DNA of 64,000 nucleotides, from IMG/VR virus record IMGVR_UViG_3300006192_000008, positions 1 to 64,000 of that record. The stretch is one strand, 5' to 3'. Shown piece after piece: positions 61,345-64,000 of the stretch (the stretch's first letter is position 1; each line of letters begins with the position of its first letter). The notes beneath the pieces are model-generated. The model ran no database searches. It saw nothing but the letters and a program-made list of their open reading frames with translations, and was not told the DNA's origin. The translations under genes and the position numbers were made by a program. Source of the stretch: a virus.

Positions 61345-61884
61345 CTAGAATGGGCCGTTATCACACCCAGAATCATCGTTATACGCATCTTTAGATGCAC
61401 CCCAGTAGGGTAGCCTAGGCTCTGGTGTGATCGTTGATTTAAGGGGTGTTTTAGTAGGGATTTGACCCTTCCCAGACCACTCCTTAACAACCTTATTCTG
61501 CTTCACATCACTTCTCCAAAAGTCCTCTGGAATCTCTGGAAGTATTTCAGTATTATCATTATCTACATACAAGATAATGTCAAGGACTTTCTCATATCTC
61601 CAATTCTTGTGTTGACCAGCTTGACCTTTATTGGCGACCATCAACCCACTGTCAATAAATCCACGTATGATCCTACCAACCTGTTTCACACTCACACCAC
61701 AAAGCTTGGCAATATCTTCTTGCTTGTCAAAATGCTTGTCAAAGAATGTGTTACGTTTCTTCATCACAACGTAGACGTTCTTGTCGTTAGCTGTCAGTTC
61801 TATCAGCTCACCCGTCTTAGGGCTAACGTAACCAGTCGCTCTCATCAGCACCTCTGGGTACTTGTAAAATAATGTCTGTTCCAA
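61345..61884 (-). CDS. HTH DNA-binding protein, replication-initiator-like
   Basis: LTANDKNVY...KQEDIAKLCGVSVKQVGRII...GL winged-HTH pattern; acidic-Phe C-terminus. Confidence 0.65.
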   Translation of the reverse strand: MEQTLFYKYPEVLMRATGYVSPKTGELIELTANDKNVYVVMKKRNTFFDKHFDKQEDIAKLCGVSVKQVGRIIRGFIDSGLMVANKGQAGQHKNWRYEKVLDIILYVDNDNTEILPEIPEDFWRSDVKQNKVVKEWSGKGQIPTKTPLKSTITPEPRLPYWGASKDAYNDDSGCDNGPF

Positions 61885-62074
61885 ATCTTCACCTCAGTTC
61901 TAAAGTTCTCTAGGTGGTGTCCTGTGGATCACCTTTCGTTTTGTATACTATCAAGCTGCATAAGTTTTACTAGGCATTCTACAATGAATGCTTGTCTTGA
62001 CATTCCTCCTCTTTTCTTATCAACCCATTCCAAGATGGTAAATGGTAATTTTATGTTCATCAAACCTCCTCAAA

Positions 62075-62342
62075 GGACATACTGTCTCTGTCATGGGACA
62101 CGAAGTCCTATAACGGTTTATCTTTCCTATCGCTTTGCTCTTACACAACAAATGATGAAAAGAAGAAAAGCAAAAGCGCTGGATACGACTACAATCTTAA
62201 ACAGATTGGTGTTAATCATCATAGGACTTTATGTCCTTTAATCTTTCTTTGTATAATTCTATCTCTATTTTCTATCTCTCTATTGGGACTTCTTGTCCCT
62301 TAAATGTGGGACACGGTGTCCTATGACCTAGACAGGAAGTCC
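62075..62342. repeat. Six GGAC-N5-GTCC palindromic repeats
   Basis: Starts at 62075, 62096, 62224, 62286, 62309, 62330; first and last each have one mismatch. Confidence 0.85.
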
Positions 62343-62731
62343 TATGACCCTCCATTCACATACCCAAAGTAGTCCTTCAAAATCCAGCACATCTTAGACC
62401 ACAAATCGAAGCTGCGCTTTTCCATATCTGCCAACCCTGTACCAATTCCTGCTGCTGGAAACACAATTGTATGTGTCTTAGACAGCTTGTACAACCCGCG
62501 CAGGTCATTCAGCACACAGTCAAATTCATCTTCTTTATCAGAGAAGAATGCCCAATTATCCATACTCGGATAACGCTTTGTTGCAATACCGTAAGCATTT
62601 GGTTCATCTCTAATCACAGCTTGTCCACGCTTACCATAGCGCTTCATGTTGTCACCAAAGACATAAATCTTCTCTGGATTAGCACGCAACAGCCTCTCTG
62701 TAAACAGCCTTTCTTCAATTTCTACATTCAT
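62342..62731 (-). CDS. Conserved-looking phage protein (YVFGDN...GQA..IR motif)
   Basis: Alpha/beta protein with GIGTGLA loop; function uncertain. Confidence 0.6.
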   Translation of the reverse strand: MNVEIEERLFTERLLRANPEKIYVFGDNMKRYGKRGQAVIRDEPNAYGIATKRYPSMDNWAFFSDKEDEFDCVLNDLRGLYKLSKTHTIVFPAAGIGTGLADMEKRSFDLWSKMCWILKDYFGYVNGGS

Positions 62732-62760
62732 ATAAGCCTCCTTTTATAAGCTTGCCACTA

Positions 62761-62858
62761 ATCATACACCCATTTCCTCAGAATGCAACCCTCATCAGAA
62801 AATAATTTACAAGAATCTTCTCCATACCTCTTGACTCTCAGGAATATTGCTGTAGAAT
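62761..62858. promoter_or_regulatory. Divergent sigma70-like promoter pair
   Basis: Minus: TTGCAT-N16-TATGAT (62761-62788); plus: TTGACT-N16-TAGAAT (62831-62858). Confidence 0.7.
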
Positions 62859-62892
62859 GGTAGCCACATTAAGCAAATCCTAGGAGGATAAA

Positions 62893-63873
62893 ATGAAAGC
62901 GTATGTTGTTAGTGATGACGAATATTGCACCATTGAATTTGCTGAACACAGGGCAACTGCCCAAGCAAATGGTGCGAATGAGCTGAACAGCGAATTTATC
63001 TATGTGCGTTGTCGCAGAGCACCGGAATTTGATCAGTATGCAGAAGCTCGTAAGGTGCCGTGGAAGGTTTTGATTGAAGAACATGGCTGGTCGCAAGAAT
63101 GTGGATTTTGTTACAAACGAGTGTATTCAGATGAAGAAGGTCGTGTCTACAATGATGGTGAAGACCAAGCTTATTGCAATAGTGAATGTATGCATAAAGC
63201 CAAGGAACAAGAAGCTAAATACCTTGAAATGGTCAAGGCTCTATGACCTCTAAAGAACACACCTACACCAAAGGATCATGGGAGATTGTCACACAAGAAA
63301 TAAAAGCCCATCTTGGAATAAACTGCTTGACACCTGAGCTTGCGAAGACTATCCTAGCACTGTACATCAAAGGTGCCAGTGTAACAGAGATTATTAAACA
63401 ATTGGAGGAAGAGAAATGAGTGATGTAGAGTGTGAAATCAGGTGGGAAGATGTGAACACGTTTTCGTGGAAAGAACTACATGGCAAACAAGTCCACGTAA
63501 TCGTAGTTGAAGACAGTGGTGTGCAGAGTGCTACGTTGTATGATAGTGTCACTCAAGAGTTTTTCGTTGTCAGTGTTAAACAAATAGGAGAAAATAAATG
63601 AATCTGTTTAAAGTAGAGAATTACCCTGAGTGTGGCATTAAAGATAAAATCATCCTTAAACTTTTGGAAGAGCTTGCTGATGCACAAAGGAGCAGCGCCT
63701 CTTGTGGTTATGAATGGAATCTTGCATTTGACTTAGAACTGATGAGTCCAATATGGACTAAGTTAGATTTTGTGACTTACTATATCCCACACAGTGTAGG
63801 GGAAATAAATGATCACAACAACCATAATCATCCTATACTGCATCATCGGCTTTATATTCCACGTAGGTATTAA
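62893..63873 (+). CDS. Small hypothetical genes (62893-63246, 63416-63601, 63598-63873)
   Basis: ORFs with GGAGG RBSs after the rightward promoter. Confidence 0.7.
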
Positions 63874-64000
63874 GAAAGAAGCATCACAAGATACAAGTGG
63901 TGATTTGGATAAGCTGAGTCCAATGTTTGTCAGCATTATGATTTGGGGAGCAAGCATGCTCTGGCCTTTGTTGATTGCCGGAGCTATCATTCGTAAATTT

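Noticed and set aside
61924-62241. 105-aa plus-strand ORF
   Set aside because: Opposes its neighbours, overlaps the palindrome array, atypical composition
62075-62342. Possible CRISPR-like array
   Set aside because: Repeats are 13-bp gapped palindromes with irregular spacing; no cas gene

Overview
This window is a segment of a lytic myovirus genome with Felix-O1/PAK_P1-like architecture. A Pseudomonas-type host is inferred from gene content, not shown. In order it contains: two tRNAs and small leftward genes; a divergent promoter pair (~4.64-4.73 kb); a rightward replication and nucleotide block (primase-helicase, family-A polymerase, SSB, exonuclease, phosphoesterase, nucleotide hydrolases, thyX, nrdA/nrdB); then a long leftward late block (terminase, portal, protease, capsid, neck, sheath, tubes, tape measure, baseplate, fibre/tailspike, lysis). 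Two group I introns can be mapped to the nucleotide: an ORF-less one in the terL Walker A motif and an HNH-carrying one in the tail sheath gene. About eight homing-endonuclease-like genes are present. The most interesting unexplained signals are non-coding: (1) a ~620-nt densely structured RNA candidate between putative terS and two tRNAs; (2) a ~370-nt structured RNA with its own promoter upstream of a Zn-finger nuclease; (3) six GGAC-N5-GTCC palindromes around an AT-rich tract beside an HTH gene (candidate origin); (4) a pseudoknot-like element over an HNH ribosome-binding site. The lysis-cassette endolysin is decayed, while an intact homologue sits among the baseplate genes. All calls were made by eye; no searches or folding programs were run.
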